Shown: positions 1 to 12,940 of the stretch, piece after piece | Numbering within the stretch: the first letter of the stretch is position 1 | How the letters are laid out: each line of letters opens with the position of its first letter | NCBI RefSeq assembly: GCF_021028975.2 | Contig: NC_059426.1 | Location: 37,262,001-37,326,000, forward strand | Source: Sphaerodactylus townsendi | Taxonomy: Eukaryota | Length of the DNA stretch: 64,000 nt | Direction of reading: 5' to 3' | The notes under the pieces: generated by a model | What the model was told of the DNA's origin: nothing | What the model saw: the letters and a program-made list of their open reading frames with translations, nothing else | Databases searched by the model: none | Program-made: the position numbers and the translations under genes

Positions 1-79
1 CAGTAAAGTTAAAATTAGATCTTGTAGCACAGAAAAAAATTGCTAAAACAATCATTTTAGAAACGCTGACTAAAAGAAA

Positions 80-900
80 TCATGTTAAGGTTAGATTTTA
101 AAAGCCTGCAAGTTGGGAATGGTTTCCGCTTATAACTGGCAGCGAGTTCCAAAGCAGAATGCGAAGCTACTAAATCTTTGCCATGCAACCTTAAAAATGT
201 TTCAAAATGGGAAAGGGACTAGCATCTGCTGAATTCGGAGAACAGCCAGGTTCATATGGTGAGAGCAGATCTATTAAATAGGATGGAACAAATGACTTAG
301 AGGTCAAAAGAACATTCCTCAGTGGAGTGCCCCTGATGTGACAGCAAAACAGGAAGAAGGTGATAAGATAACCTGTAAGTTTTAAGCAACTGCAGAGAAG
401 TCAGAAAGTGGGATTGTAATGACAGATCCATACAACAAAAAGAGAAGAGACTATAATTTTTCTGTAGGTGGCTAAACCCTGTGAAACCTGCTTAAGGTAT
501 AACAGGGCAGATATTTGCAGAAATATTATAGTTCTGTTAAGTTTTAGATAAGCTATCAAATGGTTTGCTTGTTTTTACATAAATTTAAGCTGGTCTTCAA
601 GGAATGTTCATGATTGTTACCATTAGTATGATCCCACATTACAGCATCAACTCTTGTTGTTTGGAAATGAACTGGAAATGGTGAGCTCCAACTTTAGGCC
701 TGTACAACTAGCAATATACTGAGCTGAACAACAACCTACCTGCCATATACGGTATCTCACCAGGATCTTGATAAACATTCAGTTTGTGTTGCTGCCTGGG
801 AATGTCAAAGTGAGAAAGATGGCATGCATCTCACAGGCAACAATACCTGGCTCAGGGGCAGCCCCTCAGTTGGTGGGTTAATCTTGCTGACCTATAGTAT
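80..900 (-). mobile_element. Highly decayed L2-like LINE fragment
   Basis: Weak resemblance to reverse-complemented L2 3' ORF2 sequence (e.g. GGCAGCGAGTTCCAAAG); boundaries approximate. Confidence 0.3.
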
Positions 901-935
901 TCTAAGATGGGTGGAATGAAAAGTTTACACTAACC

Positions 936-1326
936 CAGAGGTGGGATCCAGCAGGTTCTCACAGGTTCCCGAGAGTAGGTTACTAATTATTTGTGTGTGC
1001 CGAGAGGGGGTTACTAATTGGTGATTTTGCCACGTGAATTTTGCCTTCGTTACGTCCCTCCTCTCAGCAGTAGTGTGCAGAACTTGAAGCAGTCTAGCAG
1101 GAGGTGCACCGGTGTGCGTGGCAGCCTGCGCCTGCGTGCATTCGTTTCCCGCCCAAGGACCGGCGCAGCGGCTGCGTCCTTGCCACAACCCCGCCCAGGA
1201 ATGCCCCGCCCAGGAATGCCCGACCACGCCCCAGTCGTGCCCCGCCCAGCCCCATTGGAGCTACGGCACAGTTTGAATCCCACCACCATGGGAACCTGTT
1301 ACTAAAATTTTTGGATCCCACCACTG
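936..1326. mobile_element. Non-autonomous hAT DNA transposon (391 bp)
   Basis: TIRs CAGAGGTGGGATCCA...TGGATCCCACCACTG; 8-bp TSD CACTAACC at 928-935 and 1327-1334; near-identical inverted copy at 34851-35241. Confidence 0.92.
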
Positions 1327-1399
1327 CACTAACCCTGTCAATAGTGTACCATACCCTTACTTCAGTTTTTTTTTTGTAATACATGAATGTAAGAGAACT

Positions 1400-2500
1400 G
1401 GAACAGCTACAATTCAGCGTGGGAGAACAGACATTACCCCTGACATTGTTTGACCTTGTCCAAGGGACCATTTGGACCAAGTGGAGTTTCTGCTGTTTCC
1501 AAAGGCAGCTCCGCATAGAACAAATTCCAATAAGGTCTCTTCAATGGAATAAGAGCATAGATTGCTGTGACCAGATCACAGTTTCTAAAATACAGCAGAA
1601 GCTGAAGAACTAGCTGAAGCTGATACAAGGCTTTGATTGCTACAGAGGAGACCTGAGCCTTCAACCATAGGCCCAGATCTAGTAGAACCCCTAACTTATG
1701 AACCTGGTCCTTCAGAGGGTCTTTAATCTCCCTCAGGACAGGCTGACTCCACAGCTTCTCCATTGACCAACAACAAGTCAATAGTATCTGGATTGAGCTT
1801 CAGTTTACCAACTGTCATCCATCCCATTACCTTCCCTGGGCACCTATTCAGGACTTCACTGAGAACACAGGAGAAATAGAGCTAGATGCCATCATGCTTC
1901 AGATCCCTAGATGACCTCCCCCAGTGGTTTCATGTAGATGTTAAACAGCATAGGTAACAAGATGGAATCCTTCAGGACCTCATAACATAAATGCCATGTG
2001 GCTGAGCAGCCACCCCACATCACCATCTCCTGGAATTGTTTGGTCAAGTAAGAACTGAACCACCAAAGCATAATACCCCATTCTCACTGTCCAACCAGAC
2101 TTTCCAGAAAGATACCAAGCTGCTGAGAGGTCCAGGAGAATCAACAGGAACACACTCCCCCATCTCTCACACAGCGAAGGTCAGCAGTCAGGGTAACAGG
2201 GCTATTTTCATTCAAAGCCAGACCTGAATCCATATTGTTAAAAATGATCTAAGTAAATAATCCATCTCCTTTAAAACCAGTTGAAGTTGTATATCCACCA
2301 CTGCCTGAGGCACCTTGCCCAAGAATGGAATAGTAGTCACCACCAAGCCCGTAGTTCTTTAGGTTACTTGGGTCCAGGGATATTTTCTTCAGAAGAGGTT
2401 TCACAAGTGCCTTTTCCAAAGTGGTTGGAATTATAACCTTCTGCAGAGAGAGGCTTTTTCAACCTCCTGGACTGACCAACATCCTGGCATGATACTATTA
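1400..2500 (-). mobile_element. Decayed L2 LINE reverse-transcriptase region
   Basis: Minus-strand remnants of L2/CR1-type RT motifs: 'SILLPMLFNIYM' (~1930-1975), 'GSVFLLILLDLSA' (~2120-2160), 'LVKPLLKKISLDP' (~2370-2410). Confidence 0.75.
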
Positions 2501-4002
2501 GCCATAAGGGGCAAGAGTGGATGTGGTGGGTTGCACACTCTGAAGCCCCCTTGTCTTAACTTTTCTTATCATATTGCTGTGAGGAGAGAACAATGTAAGC
2601 TACTTTCAACTCCTTGGAGGGAGAATAGGATAATAATGTGATTGACTAATCTGTCATAGAACTGCCATGGCATAATTTATGCAACATACCCCAACCCCTA
2701 GGTAAGTACTATTTTCTGTTATGCCTAATCAGGGTTATTTTCCAGGACTGCCACACCTCATAGTGACAACTTTATTGTGAGCATGTTGTTTTTAATTAGT
2801 ATGTTGAATTCTAGAGCCTGAAAAAATCCTTTGCTATTCAGTTGCTTCAACCTGACTGACCGACATCCACATGAGCGTTGCAGAGGATAGGAGAAGGTCA
2901 TATGGCCCATAGACTACCTCTGTGTTACTTGCTAGCTCTGTTTTCCTTCTCTTAAATTGTGAGACACAAATTACAGCTTTGCAAGAGAGGAAGTAGGCAT
3001 TCTCAACTGCCCCACCTCAACATGACTTATTACCTTTAGGTGATGTTATTCAGTAGAATCATATAGATGTGTCATAAATTTTATTCATTCCTAACCTAAT
3101 ACTATCGACCTATCAATTTGAAAAATATGTATGTTTGTGTATGTGCATGCAACACATGGACCACAACTCTGACTCTTGATATTTTGAATGTCAGGGTATG
3201 GTTGTTGGAAGACCTTTAAGTCTTAAAATTAAATTACTACCTCAAAATCTTGGCAGTCCTTTTGAATTTTTTGTCATTAGTCATTTAAATACCCCCAAAT
3301 TATGGCTCTCTTCATTCACTGAAGGGGTATGACTCATGATCCTCTGGTTATATAGAGTGTTTCAAACTCAGCTTGAAACCACAAATTTCGGTTTAATATG
3401 CTGAAATATTGTGGAAACACAGTTATTTTTTTACACACAGTTGAGAAAGGAAACTAAAAATTCTCTGCTTTGAATATGTTCAGCACCTGCAGGTTTAATT
3501 AAACCTTTGCTTCGATATAATAACAATAATTATAACTGAGAAACCTAAAAGAATAAGATCTCTACACACCGTTTTAAGTGTTTGCAATAAGTAAAACTGT
3601 TTAAAATGGAAGGCAAGAAGTAATTACACATCTCAAGACTATTTTTAAAGGAAAGTAGTTTTTCAAAACATACATGCAGATTAAAAAGAGACAAATATTA
3701 AAGTTGAAGTACTGCAAATGAATATGGAGTTGCTAGGAGTTTGTAATTCAGAGACTCATTTGCTGACAAATCAGCAGTAAAGATTAAGTAAAATCTGCAT
3801 TGTGTGACTGAAGAATACAGATTAGGTCGAGGAGAAAATTGGCAATGGAGAATGAAACCAGTTTTGCGAAGAGAAAATATGTTGTATAGAGAAACTATTA
3901 GGTTCTCCTTTCTTTTTGCTTACTTATATCAGACTTGAAGTTTAAAGATAGGCGGCTTATGTTTTATAAGGCTATTCCACTAATGATATTAAAAAATTAA
4001 TT

Positions 4003-4192
4003 ACTGTCAAGTTTCATCTGATTTATGGTGACCCATCATGGGGAATTTAAGGCAAGAGATGAGCAGAGGGGTTTGCCATTGAGCGTGTAGCAACCACGAA
4101 CTTCCTTGGTAGTTTCCCATCCAAGTACTAGCCAGTGCTAACCCTGATTAGCTTCCGAGCTCTGACAAGCTTGGGTTAGTCTGGTACTTCCA
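4003..4192 (-). mobile_element. 5S rRNA-derived SINE with RTE/BovB-type tail
   Basis: Reverse complement of ~4115-4175 matches the 5S rRNA internal promoter region (CTCGGAAGCTAAtCAGGG...TAGTACTTGGATGGGA); tail is shared with other SINEs in the window. Confidence 0.75.
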
Positions 4193-4353
4193 AAGTAAGA
4201 CAAAATTCCAGCGATGAAAAATAAGAGCAAATTGTTTGTGTTTTATGTACAACTGTGAAAATGAAAGGTGAACATTGAGGAACATCGTTTCGAATGTACT
4301 GTTTTCAGGATGAGCTGTAATTCAGAGGCGGAACACTTGCTTTCCATGAACAA

Positions 4354-4558
4354 CAGGTTACCAAGGAAGGCTCTTCCAGAATTACAACTGATCTCCAAAC
4401 TGCAGAGATTAGTGTCCCTAGAGGGAAATGGCAGCTTTGGACAGTGACCACTACGGCATCACCTCCCCACTGAGCTTCCTCTGCTCCCCAGATTCTGCCC
4501 ACCCTAGCCATCACCCCAAAATTGCAGGGAATTTCCTAAGCTGGTGTTGGCAACCATG
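4354..4558. mobile_element. AGGGTTGCCA-terminus hAT-type MITE (~200 bp family)
   Basis: Family body (GAATTACAACTGATCTCC...GAAATGGCAGCTTTGG...TTGGCAACC) shared with copies at 9757, 12669, 13587, 41392 and 45569. Confidence 0.75.
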
Positions 4559-4702
4559 CAGGAAAGGTCTCCTAGCTCAGTCCCTGCAGTCTACAGATTT
4601 CACAGGCACTGGAGATCTCCGGTTGTCGTTAGGTGACTGTAGGCAGATTGATTCTGAGACAATTTTTTCAAAAATCAAACTTTTCCAGATAGTGTTCGTG
4701 TA

Positions 4703-5208
4703 CAGTGGAACCTCGGTTTTCGTTGGTAATCCGTCCGAAAAGAATCGATGAAAACCGAAACCGATGAAAACCGAGGCAAACTTTTCCATAGGAATCAATG
4801 TTAATGCAATTAATCCGTTCTAGGCGCTCCAAAAAACATACCAAAAACACATTTTTTGGTGAATAAACATAGTGTTTAATGCTGAAAACAGTAACAAACA
4901 ATAACACTAGGACCAGCTTCAGAGCCAGTGGACCAATGTCGCACCAGAAAGCTGTCCAAAGAGGTCTGTTTCTGATGTCTCTTTAAGATTTGTCTGAAAT
5001 GGGGCAAGACATTGTCATTAAACCAGTTGCAGAAATGGCCTGCAACAGCTTTGTCTGGGTGATTTTTCTCCACAAACCCCTGCACCTTACTGCAAATTGA
5101 TGAAAACCGAGGCAAATCAATGAAAACGGAGACAAATTTTTCACTGAAAGAATAGATGAAAACCAAAACCGATGAAAACCAAAGGCAATGAAAACCGAGG
5201 TTCCACTG
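4703..5208 (-). mobile_element. Tigger/pogo (Tc1-mariner) internally deleted transposon
   Basis: TIRs CAGTGGAACCTCGGTTTTC...GAAAACCGAGGTTCCACTG with TA on both sides; GATGAAAACCGA subterminal repeats; minus-strand peptide 'FVEKNHPDKAVAGHFCNWFNDNVLPHFRQILKRHQKQTSLDSFL' resembles Tigger transposase C-termini. Confidence 0.9.
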
Positions 5209-6329
5209 TATTTAGGTTATTCAATTTGGCACCCAAACGGTCACTTTTTATCGAAGCTATTCTAAAGAAGAGACCAGAGAGAAGAGATCATGAAACAGTA
5301 GCCTATGTGCTTAGCGACCAACAGCCTCATATTACAGAGATAGTGGCCAGATTTTTATTTAAGGCTTTTAGCTCTCCTGAGTAATTTTACCATCTTCAGA
5401 ATTTGCTTTGATTTTTCTGAATATGTTTTATTTTGCGTATTGATGCTGTTAAAGGTCTTGTTATTTGTTATTTGTTTGTATTTAGGTTATTGTCAAATCT
5501 TCTTTATATTATAGGAGTCCATAATGGATAAAAATAAATTTAAAAAAAATTAAAGCAAAGACAGTGTGACTGGTAGGAGGAGGTTTGATATTACATACCT
5601 AGAATTATGTTCTGTTATAACCATTGGTTGAAATGTCTATATAAAGGAAGTTAATATGAATGTGTTGCAATAATGTTAGACATATGTGCTTTTATAGTAA
5701 GATATTGTATATTTCTGGTGGGTGAGCAAATTATTTGAAAGTAATGACAGAAAATAATAATAAAGCCGACTTCTCAAGCGCAGTTATTTCTAGATAGGTT
5801 GGTTTCCTATTAATGTATCAATTTCCCTAAAAGGGTTAAAGAACAGATTTTGATTACGTATTGTCAGACAATGATTAGCATCTGTTAGGAGGAGTAAGTA
5901 GTTTATTAAGCTTTACTGTACAGATGGCAATTGGAAGGATTCTGATATAAACTGAATTTTCTGTAGTGTCATTTTATTATTAAGACCAGCTGGTTTTATC
6001 AGTTAAATAGCAGTAATGTTTGAATAAAACCTTAAGAATTCACGCTAGCTGCTATTACTTAGCAAAAGTGGGAATCTTCTAAAGCAAGCTTCTAAAGCTT
6101 GTTTAAGGGATAAATATGTTAAATACAATTATAAATAGCAGAAGACATTTTTTAAAAAAGTTAATTTAGAAGCAACTGGAATGTTTTTTCTGCTATATTT
6201 TTAGACCAAGTAACCACAATATCAATTCTTAAGGATACCTTTCCGGGGGTGGGGTGGTGGGGGGTAGTGGTGTTTGTTTGCTAGTGAATCACACACTGAA
6301 AGTTATTGCTAAAGAGAAGTTTTATTTGT

Positions 6330-7155
6330 ATCTGGAGCAGAATATCTGAACGGAAACAAATTTAAAAGTAATCAAAGAAACACGGTTGCCAGGAAATGCC
6401 TAGCAAGTGATGGGAGGATTGAGGGAGGACAGTATCTGCTGCCACATAGTTCCTATTGGGTTTGCACCGCCAGAGTGGGCTGGGTTTTGCTGGGCTTCTG
6501 CACAGTGCATATTGCCTTTGGTTCTGCTGGGCTTTCAAAAGTGGCCCCCCTGTGCTTAAGTTTGCTGTGATGTGTTTCCATACATTGGTTGTAACAAAAG
6601 AAAAGCCCCCCGCCCAACAACAAAGTTCTGGGATTCTCTGGCCTGACATTGGTTCTCTTGGGCTTGGATTGTCACTTTGGTCCGGGGCTCTGCCGGGCTT
6701 CTCTTTTGCGCAGTGGTTTTGTGGACCTTGCAACAGTGTGTGTCCCCCACCCCTAACTTGATTTTGTTCTGCTGGGATTTTCTGTCTTAACTTTTGTTCT
6801 GTTGGGCTTGCAACATTGGCTTGTAGTTCTGCTGGATTACTGGATTCTGCTTTGGTTCTGTTGGGCTTGTGCTGGTTCTTGGGATGGGGGGCACTGACCT
6901 GTGGTTGTTCACAAGCATGCTTCTGCTTTTTTCCCTGCAGAAAAAAAGCTTTCCCGCCTCAATTGGAAACAATGGAGAACAGAGGGGGCACCTGCTTTGG
7001 GGGGCTGTAAAATTAGACCCCCTCATTCTTGGTGGTTCTTCTCTGGAGAGAAGAGAAGCTGTGTTTCAAATCTGATGCCTCTAGATGCCCCCAGATAATT
7101 TTCTCATAGGTTATAATGGAGCTGAATAAATTCAGATTCTGGTCAGCGCGCTACC
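6330..7155. repeat. Unclassified dispersed repeat, probably a DNA transposon derivative
   Basis: GC-richer block; module at ~6950-7120 resembles internal modules of the 45739-46690 element; ends not resolved. Confidence 0.35.
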
Positions 7156-7794
7156 ATGACTAATACAGTTATGTTAGCATTATGAAAAATCTAGGGGTAT
7201 TACATTGTAACAAAAACTGGCACAACTGTGGCTGGGAGAAGTCCCACAATCACAACTTAATAGCTAAGTTAAAACTGGTTTGGCTTAACTACTCAACATC
7301 GTAATGGCATTTTGATCTCTGTTAGCACAATTCTTTATACCTCTAGGGACATTCGCCTGCCTGTTCACCTGCTTTACCATTGCCTTCTGCCTCCTGAAGA
7401 CACTTTCCTTGCTCCTAAGCTGGTAGAATGATGGCATAAAATATTTTAAATAAAATAAAAATGAATACATCTTTCAAGAGCAGGTGTCGAGGATGTTGTT
7501 GCAACTATACTGATGTATGCTGCTGCGTATTCTTTTTCACCCAGCTGCAAAACATGCCTTAAGATTTTGCTGATAGTAATATTTTCAGAGTTTGCTTTAC
7601 CGTCTTGAAGGGCATAAATGCACCAAAGCTTTCAAGGTGATTAAAGAGAGGCTAACGCTTAGCATGTAGCACTTCCATTGTTTCAAGTGCCTTTCATCCA
7701 TTACTTTATTTATTTTTATCTATGTGCAATATTATGTTTGTTTATATGCTTACCTTTTTTTCTGTGCACCCCAGACTGAAACCAGGTTCACCTA

Positions 7795-8000
7795 GCACTT
7801 CCAACATTGCTAGTTGCTCTCATCCGTTACTTTATTGGAATCCTTACAACAGCCCTGTTAGGTAATTCAGTTTAAAGGCTAACGATCTGAGAGAGGGGCT
7901 TTCTGGAGGCTATCTGATGAGGTTATGGTTATGAGATTAGAACCCTCAGCCTAGTTATGATAAGATTTGAACCCTCAGAGCTCCTGCCTTTTAGCTGCTT
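7795..8000 (-). mobile_element. Old CORE-SINE remnant
   Basis: ATCCTTACAACAGCCCTGTTAGGTA and GATTTGAACCC motifs typical of reverse-oriented CORE-SINEs. Confidence 0.45.
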
Positions 8001-8291
8001 TGTTGAACCTATTCTGTGTTTTTTTTTTAAAAAAAAAAAACCATAACAACAATACAAATAAATCCAGAACATCCATTCCTGAACCAGCTGAATCGCCTAG
8101 AGTGGTACCAAAATTAATTAATTTTTAATTTTAATTACATTTTCAATAATTAGTAATTAATTCATTACTAGCTTCTGCTCTGCTAATTCGTGTGAATTCT
8201 GTTTTCGAGCTGGTGTAGGCATTCAGGTAAATCAGGGGCAGAGTTCCTGTAACTGTACCCATTACATATGCTGAAATTGCATGTTTGAATT

Positions 8292-8460
8292 AAAAAGATA
8301 AAGGTATTCCCCTGTGCAAGCACTGGGTCATTACATATCCATTGGGTGACGTCATATCACAATGTTTATAGGGTGGTTTGCCGTTGCCTTTCCCAGTCAT
8401 CTACACGTTACCCCCAGCAAGCTGGGTACTCATTTTACCCCGCCTTGGACGAATGGGAGG
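8292..8460 (-). mobile_element. Sauria (Squam1)-type SINE, 3' part
   Basis: AAAGGT tail motif and CCCCAGCAAGCTGGGTACTCATTTTACC body typical of squamate Sauria SINEs. Confidence 0.7.
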
Positions 8461-9756
8461 TTCTTTTATATAACAAAGACCCTCAATTTACATAGCACAT
8501 TAAACTATTGTAAAAGAAGGTTTTGCTAGAGTACTTTCCCTGAAAGGCTGGTATTCCAAAAAGCATGTTTGTAACTGGGATCTTCCACCTTCAACCTGAA
8601 CTGGCTCAGTCCTAGAATGTCTGTTCTGTTTGATTTTTCTGCATGGGAAAGTGTCTTCATTATTAAAACATATTTGCCTTTTCTCACCATCTGATGCTAA
8701 TGTAGCACTGTGCTTTTAGTCAAGTCAATCTGGCTTTATTTGTACTAAATGCTATTCCATAGTTTTGGAACTATTAATTGAAAGTTGTGTTTGCAGATGC
8801 CAAACATAGCCCCATCTGGGTGTCCGTGGCTTCTGATATGAGGTAGGTCCCCACCAGAGACAAGCTTTTATGTGGTGACTAGGGATGAATATAACGTCTT
8901 GTGCTTGATAAATTTCGGGTTCAGGTTTTTTTAAGCCAGAAATTTAACTCATCGGCTTTATTCTGCTGTTGCTGAAAATTATGGGGTTAAAAACCCCATA
9001 CTCGAACAGCCTGCCACTGAAGCTATGCCAGCTTAGGACAGCATGCTGGCACCGTGGGGGCAGGCTGGGGGCATTCCTGTGGGTGGAGCCAAACTTTGTC
9101 AGCTTCCACCAAGCTTCCAGCCTGGGAACACCTTCCTTCCTGGCCACCGAGTTACACAACCAGAAACCATGGCATAAACCTGTCTGGTCTATGGGGCTAT
9201 TCAGGCTTCAGGAGAGTTTTTGAATTCCCCTCCTGTTTTCGCCGCCCGAAACTGCTTTGGAGGCAGTGTGGTGGCATCTTCACTGTGCTGTACCCAACTG
9301 TCACAGAGCTTCCCTCTTATCTGGGTTGGGCAGTTAAAATTATGAGCAGCAACAGCCAGAATAGCAACAACAAAACATTGGCAGAAGTGACAAGGCATTA
9401 CAAAAGCTTTCATCAAAGGTAGGATAACTATAATCTTGTCCACAATCCACATAAAGCCTTTTATTAGGACCAACCACATGAAACATAACTGTGCAGTTCC
9501 CCAGAAATCTTCTTCAGGTTGAATGTTTCTTTCAACAACGTGGCATGGGGCAGTAGTATAGTGAATTCTACACAAAAATTTGTTAGGGCCACAATTTCAA
9601 TGGAGACCTTGCCTATTTTGGAGCACAGATTTCTGCACATATTGCAGCTCCACACAAGACAACACGTTGTTTACTTTTCAGTAAGCAGTCTTAATTTTGA
9701 GGGTCCCATTGTCTTCCAAGCATTAGCATCACATAAAACAGATATCTGGATATTTA

Positions 9757-9975
9757 TAGGGTTGCCAATTCCAGTATGGGAAATTTGTGATCATTTGTGG
9801 GCAGTGCCTGGGGAGGCCAGAGCTTGGGGAGATAAGGAAGCTCAGCCAGAATGTGATGACATAACTATCCGTCCTCCAAAGCTGCTGCTCCTTCTAGGGA
9901 ACTGATCTCTGTAGTTTTAATATCAGTTGTAATTCTGGGACAACTCCAGGTCTTACCTGGAGATTATGAACCTTA
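9757..9975. mobile_element. AGGGTTGCCA-terminus MITE (reverse orientation)
   Basis: TAGGGTTGCCA start; reverse-complement family body (GGAACTGATCTCTGTAG...TCAGTTGTAATTC). Confidence 0.7.
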
Positions 9976-10173
9976 GATAGGGTCTGACTTGCATGTTCAG
10001 GCCTGAGCTTTGCTCTGAGTTTTTTAAAAATCCATTTTAATAATCTGGGTTTGTATTATCTTGCCATGGTTTGAGAGTTACTGGAGAAACTGGTGTGGAT
10101 AATTTCCTTTCTCAGTGTGCATTGCTAGGTATCTGGAAGGGGTATGACAGCAGAATTGCTCCTTGAGCTAGCT

Positions 10174-10321
10174 CAGGGGTAGGGAACCTGCGGCTCTCCA
10201 GATGTTCAGGAACTACAATTCCCATCAGCCCCTACCAGCATGGCCAATTGGCCATGCTGACAGAGGCTGATGGAAATTTTAGTTCCTGAACATCTGGAGA
10301 GCCGCAGGTTCCCTACCCCTG
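10174..10321. mobile_element. Palindromic hAT MITE (148 bp)
   Basis: Near-perfect fold-back CAGGGGTAGGGAACCTGCGGCTCTCCAGATG...CATCTGGAGAGCCGCAGGTTCCCTACCCCTG; TSD AGCTAGCT on both sides. Confidence 0.92.
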
Positions 10322-10452
10322 AGCTAGCTCAAAAAGGAGACCAGGTAATGTTGGTGCTTTTTCTGGGGCAAGGTGGCCCGAGACAGAGAAGTGGACAGAC
10401 TCAGGGTTAGCAGTGAGCCTATAATGTGGATAGAGTTAGACAAGCCATAGGC

Positions 10453-10949
10453 CAGTGATGGCAAACCTATGGCACGGGTGCCAGAGGTGGCACTCAGAGC
10501 CCTCTCTGTGGGCACGCACAAACAGACATCTAGGCTGGCCTGGGCCACTGGGCTCAATTATTAGCATTAAACCTAAGACCTAGTTTTGGGGAAGCAGTAT
10601 AGGTAACCCTGTTAAGTGCTGTTAAACCCCACTGATTTTCATGCAAAGAACTAAAGTGTGATCCTTTACCTGGGAGTAAGCTCAGTTGCTGGCAATGTGG
10701 CTTGCTTCTGAGTAAACCCTCCTAGGGTCGTGATTTACCCGTCCAAAGAGTTGCATGGTTGCTTCAAAGCAAAGCCACCTTCTACCACCAAGCTTACTCC
10801 CAAGTAATGCACACCTCAGAGCCAACCATTTTTTTCTAAACTAAAACCTCAGTATTCAGGTTAAATTGCCGTGTTGGCACTTTGCGATAAATAAGTGGGT
10901 TTTGGGTTGCAGTTTGGGCATTCGGTCTCAAAAAGGTTCGCCATCACTG
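10453..10949. mobile_element. hAT MITE with CAGTGATGGCGAACCT termini (497 bp)
   Basis: TIRs plus TSD CCATAGGC at 10445-10452 and 10950-10957; one of five copies in the window. Confidence 0.92.
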
Positions 10950-11665
10950 CCATAGGCTGAATTCTAGATGGGTACTCACTCCAAAGGTGACTCGGTAATT
11001 CTGGAAACCTAGATGGGAAAGTCAAAATATAGGGACATGCATGTCCCAGTTTTCCATTAAATTACAAAAGAAGGTGCTACTCTGAGAGATAAGTTGGGTT
11101 CGATTCTGAATTTCTTCCAGTTCATGGACTGATTTGCACCAAATCCTCCCGCCAATAGCAGCCCCCAAAGCCTCCTCCAGTGGGTGTCAAGAGTAGAAAG
11201 GAACTGGGGAAATTTACCATCTACCAAGGGATAATCAGCAAAAATCAAACACACACACACACACACTCTGCTTGCATAAAAATTCTAGTCAGGATCCAAG
11301 CCATTGTTTGCAGTTTTTATTATAACTCTACTGGTTATGAATGGTAATGGCAAGGCTTTCTCTAATCTGGTATGCAGGGTACAAAGTGAAATGTACCCAT
11401 TGCAGACTGGCATATGACCTGAAAGCGTCGCATGCACCAAATGGGCTTATCACTGCATCCTCCAGATTTTGTGAATATACCTTAAATATATGTGGGAACA
11501 GAGGCACTTAATGCACTTAGTGTCCTAATTGTGTGTCCATTTTATTTAATTGCTTTTAGATATGTATTTCAAAAGCATGTTTTAATGTTTTCCATTTTTG
11601 CTTCCCTGGAAACTCTAAGCTGAGTGAAAGACTGCATGAAAATGTGTTAAATAAAATTTAAAATC

Positions 11666-11780
11666 TATTGTCAAAGGCTTTCACAGCTGGAAAACTGGCT
11701 GTTGTGGGTTTTCTGGGCTGTGTGGGCCACGGTCTGGTAGTTTTAGCTCCTAACGTTTCACCCAGATCTATGGCTGGTAT
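11666..11780 (-). mobile_element. Penelope-like element terminal (pLTR) fragment
   Basis: TATTGTCAAAGGCTTTCAC...GGCTGTTGTGGGTTTTC...CCTAACGTTTCACCC; minus strand retains the GAAACGTTAGG half of a minimal hammerhead motif. Confidence 0.7.
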
Positions 11781-11963
11781 GTGTTTGCAGTTAGTATTTT
11801 GAAATACCATATCATGTATGTTTTCATGTTTCCAAAAGTAAGTAACTTCCCCTTTTATAAAGCACAGAGGCAAAACATCGAAGCAGAAACATTTCCAGTT
11901 TTTAAGCTTGGATCTTTTCCCACTTGGCAAGAATAAAAATGGTTAATTGCAAGTGGCTTAAAT

Positions 11964-12064
11964 CAGTGGTGGGATTCAGCAGGTTCGCACCACTTCGGCA
12001 GAACCGGTTGTTAAAATGGTGCTTGTAAACAACCGGTTGTTAAATTATTTGAATCCCACCACTG
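11964..12064. mobile_element. Minimal hAT MITE (101 bp), same TIR family as 936-1326
   Basis: TIRs CAGTGGTGGGATTCA...TGAATCCCACCACTG; TSD GCTTAAAT on both sides. Confidence 0.9.
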
Positions 12065-12668
12065 GCTTAAATGCCTATCAGCTACATAAAGCTTGGGTGG
12101 GGATCTTGTGCTAGGGATGTGTGTATCGTCTGTTTTTAGATGTATTACAGAGGTGATGTCAAGGTGAAAGCAGACTTGCAGAATGGTTGAAAATCATTGA
12201 TATTCTGACTCTGAGACTGTAAATGGCTCTGTGGCAGATGGAGTCTTTGTCGAGGAAGAAAAATGGCAGCTCTGGAGCATCAGAGATGTGGTTTTTTTTT
12301 CTCCTTTGCTAGCAGCTCAGCTCACAGGCTATGACCTTCCAGTGTTCAGGAGTTATGCTCTCGCTTTAATAAATTGTCCTCGCTTTTATTCCTTTTAAAA
12401 GTAGATAAATAGTAGTCATCATAATTCAGGACAAATTGAGTTGTTTCATTATAAAAGAAACATAAGCTTGTTTTATTACCTAAATGTTTAAAAGGACAGC
12501 TTTTAGCTACGCTTGCTTCCCTGATGGGGAGGAGGGGGAAATTACTAGAAATTATTTTTTGTGGGTGTTCTCATGATTGAAACTAAGAGACCTGGCAATC
12601 TATAACAAGTGAATTTGTGCAAAAAACTGTGAGACACCCAAATCCCAGAAAAATGTGGGTGAAAGATG

Positions 12669-12884
12669 TAGGGTTGCCAGCTTCAAGATGTGGTCTGGAG
12701 ATCTCCTGGAATTACATCAGATTTACAAAAGATTCATTGTCCTGGAGAAAATAGTTGCTTTGGAAAGTGGATTCTCGGGGTTATAACCCATTGAGGCCCT
12801 TCCCTTCCCCTCCCCAAACCCTTCTCTTCTCAGCCTTCCCCTTCAAATCCATAGGAATTTCTCAACCTGGAGCTGGCAACCTTA
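12669..12884. mobile_element. AGGGTTGCCA-terminus MITE
   Basis: TAGGGTTGCCAGCT...AGCTGGCAACCTTA TIRs and family body. Confidence 0.8.
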
Positions 12885-12940
12885 AGATACTTTAGAGAAA
12901 AATAATTGAATAAATATGTGCCCACCATTGACACTGACCG

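Noticed and set aside
4115-4180. 5S rRNA gene
   Set aside because: Partial, diverged and fused to a SINE tail.
4308-4356. Possible exon TTTCAG|GATGAGC...AACAG|GTTACC
   Set aside because: The donor is weak and coincides with the terminus of a MITE.
8899-8912. Partial match to mature miR-218 (TTGTGCTTGAT)
   Set aside because: Only 11 nt match and there is no precursor hairpin.
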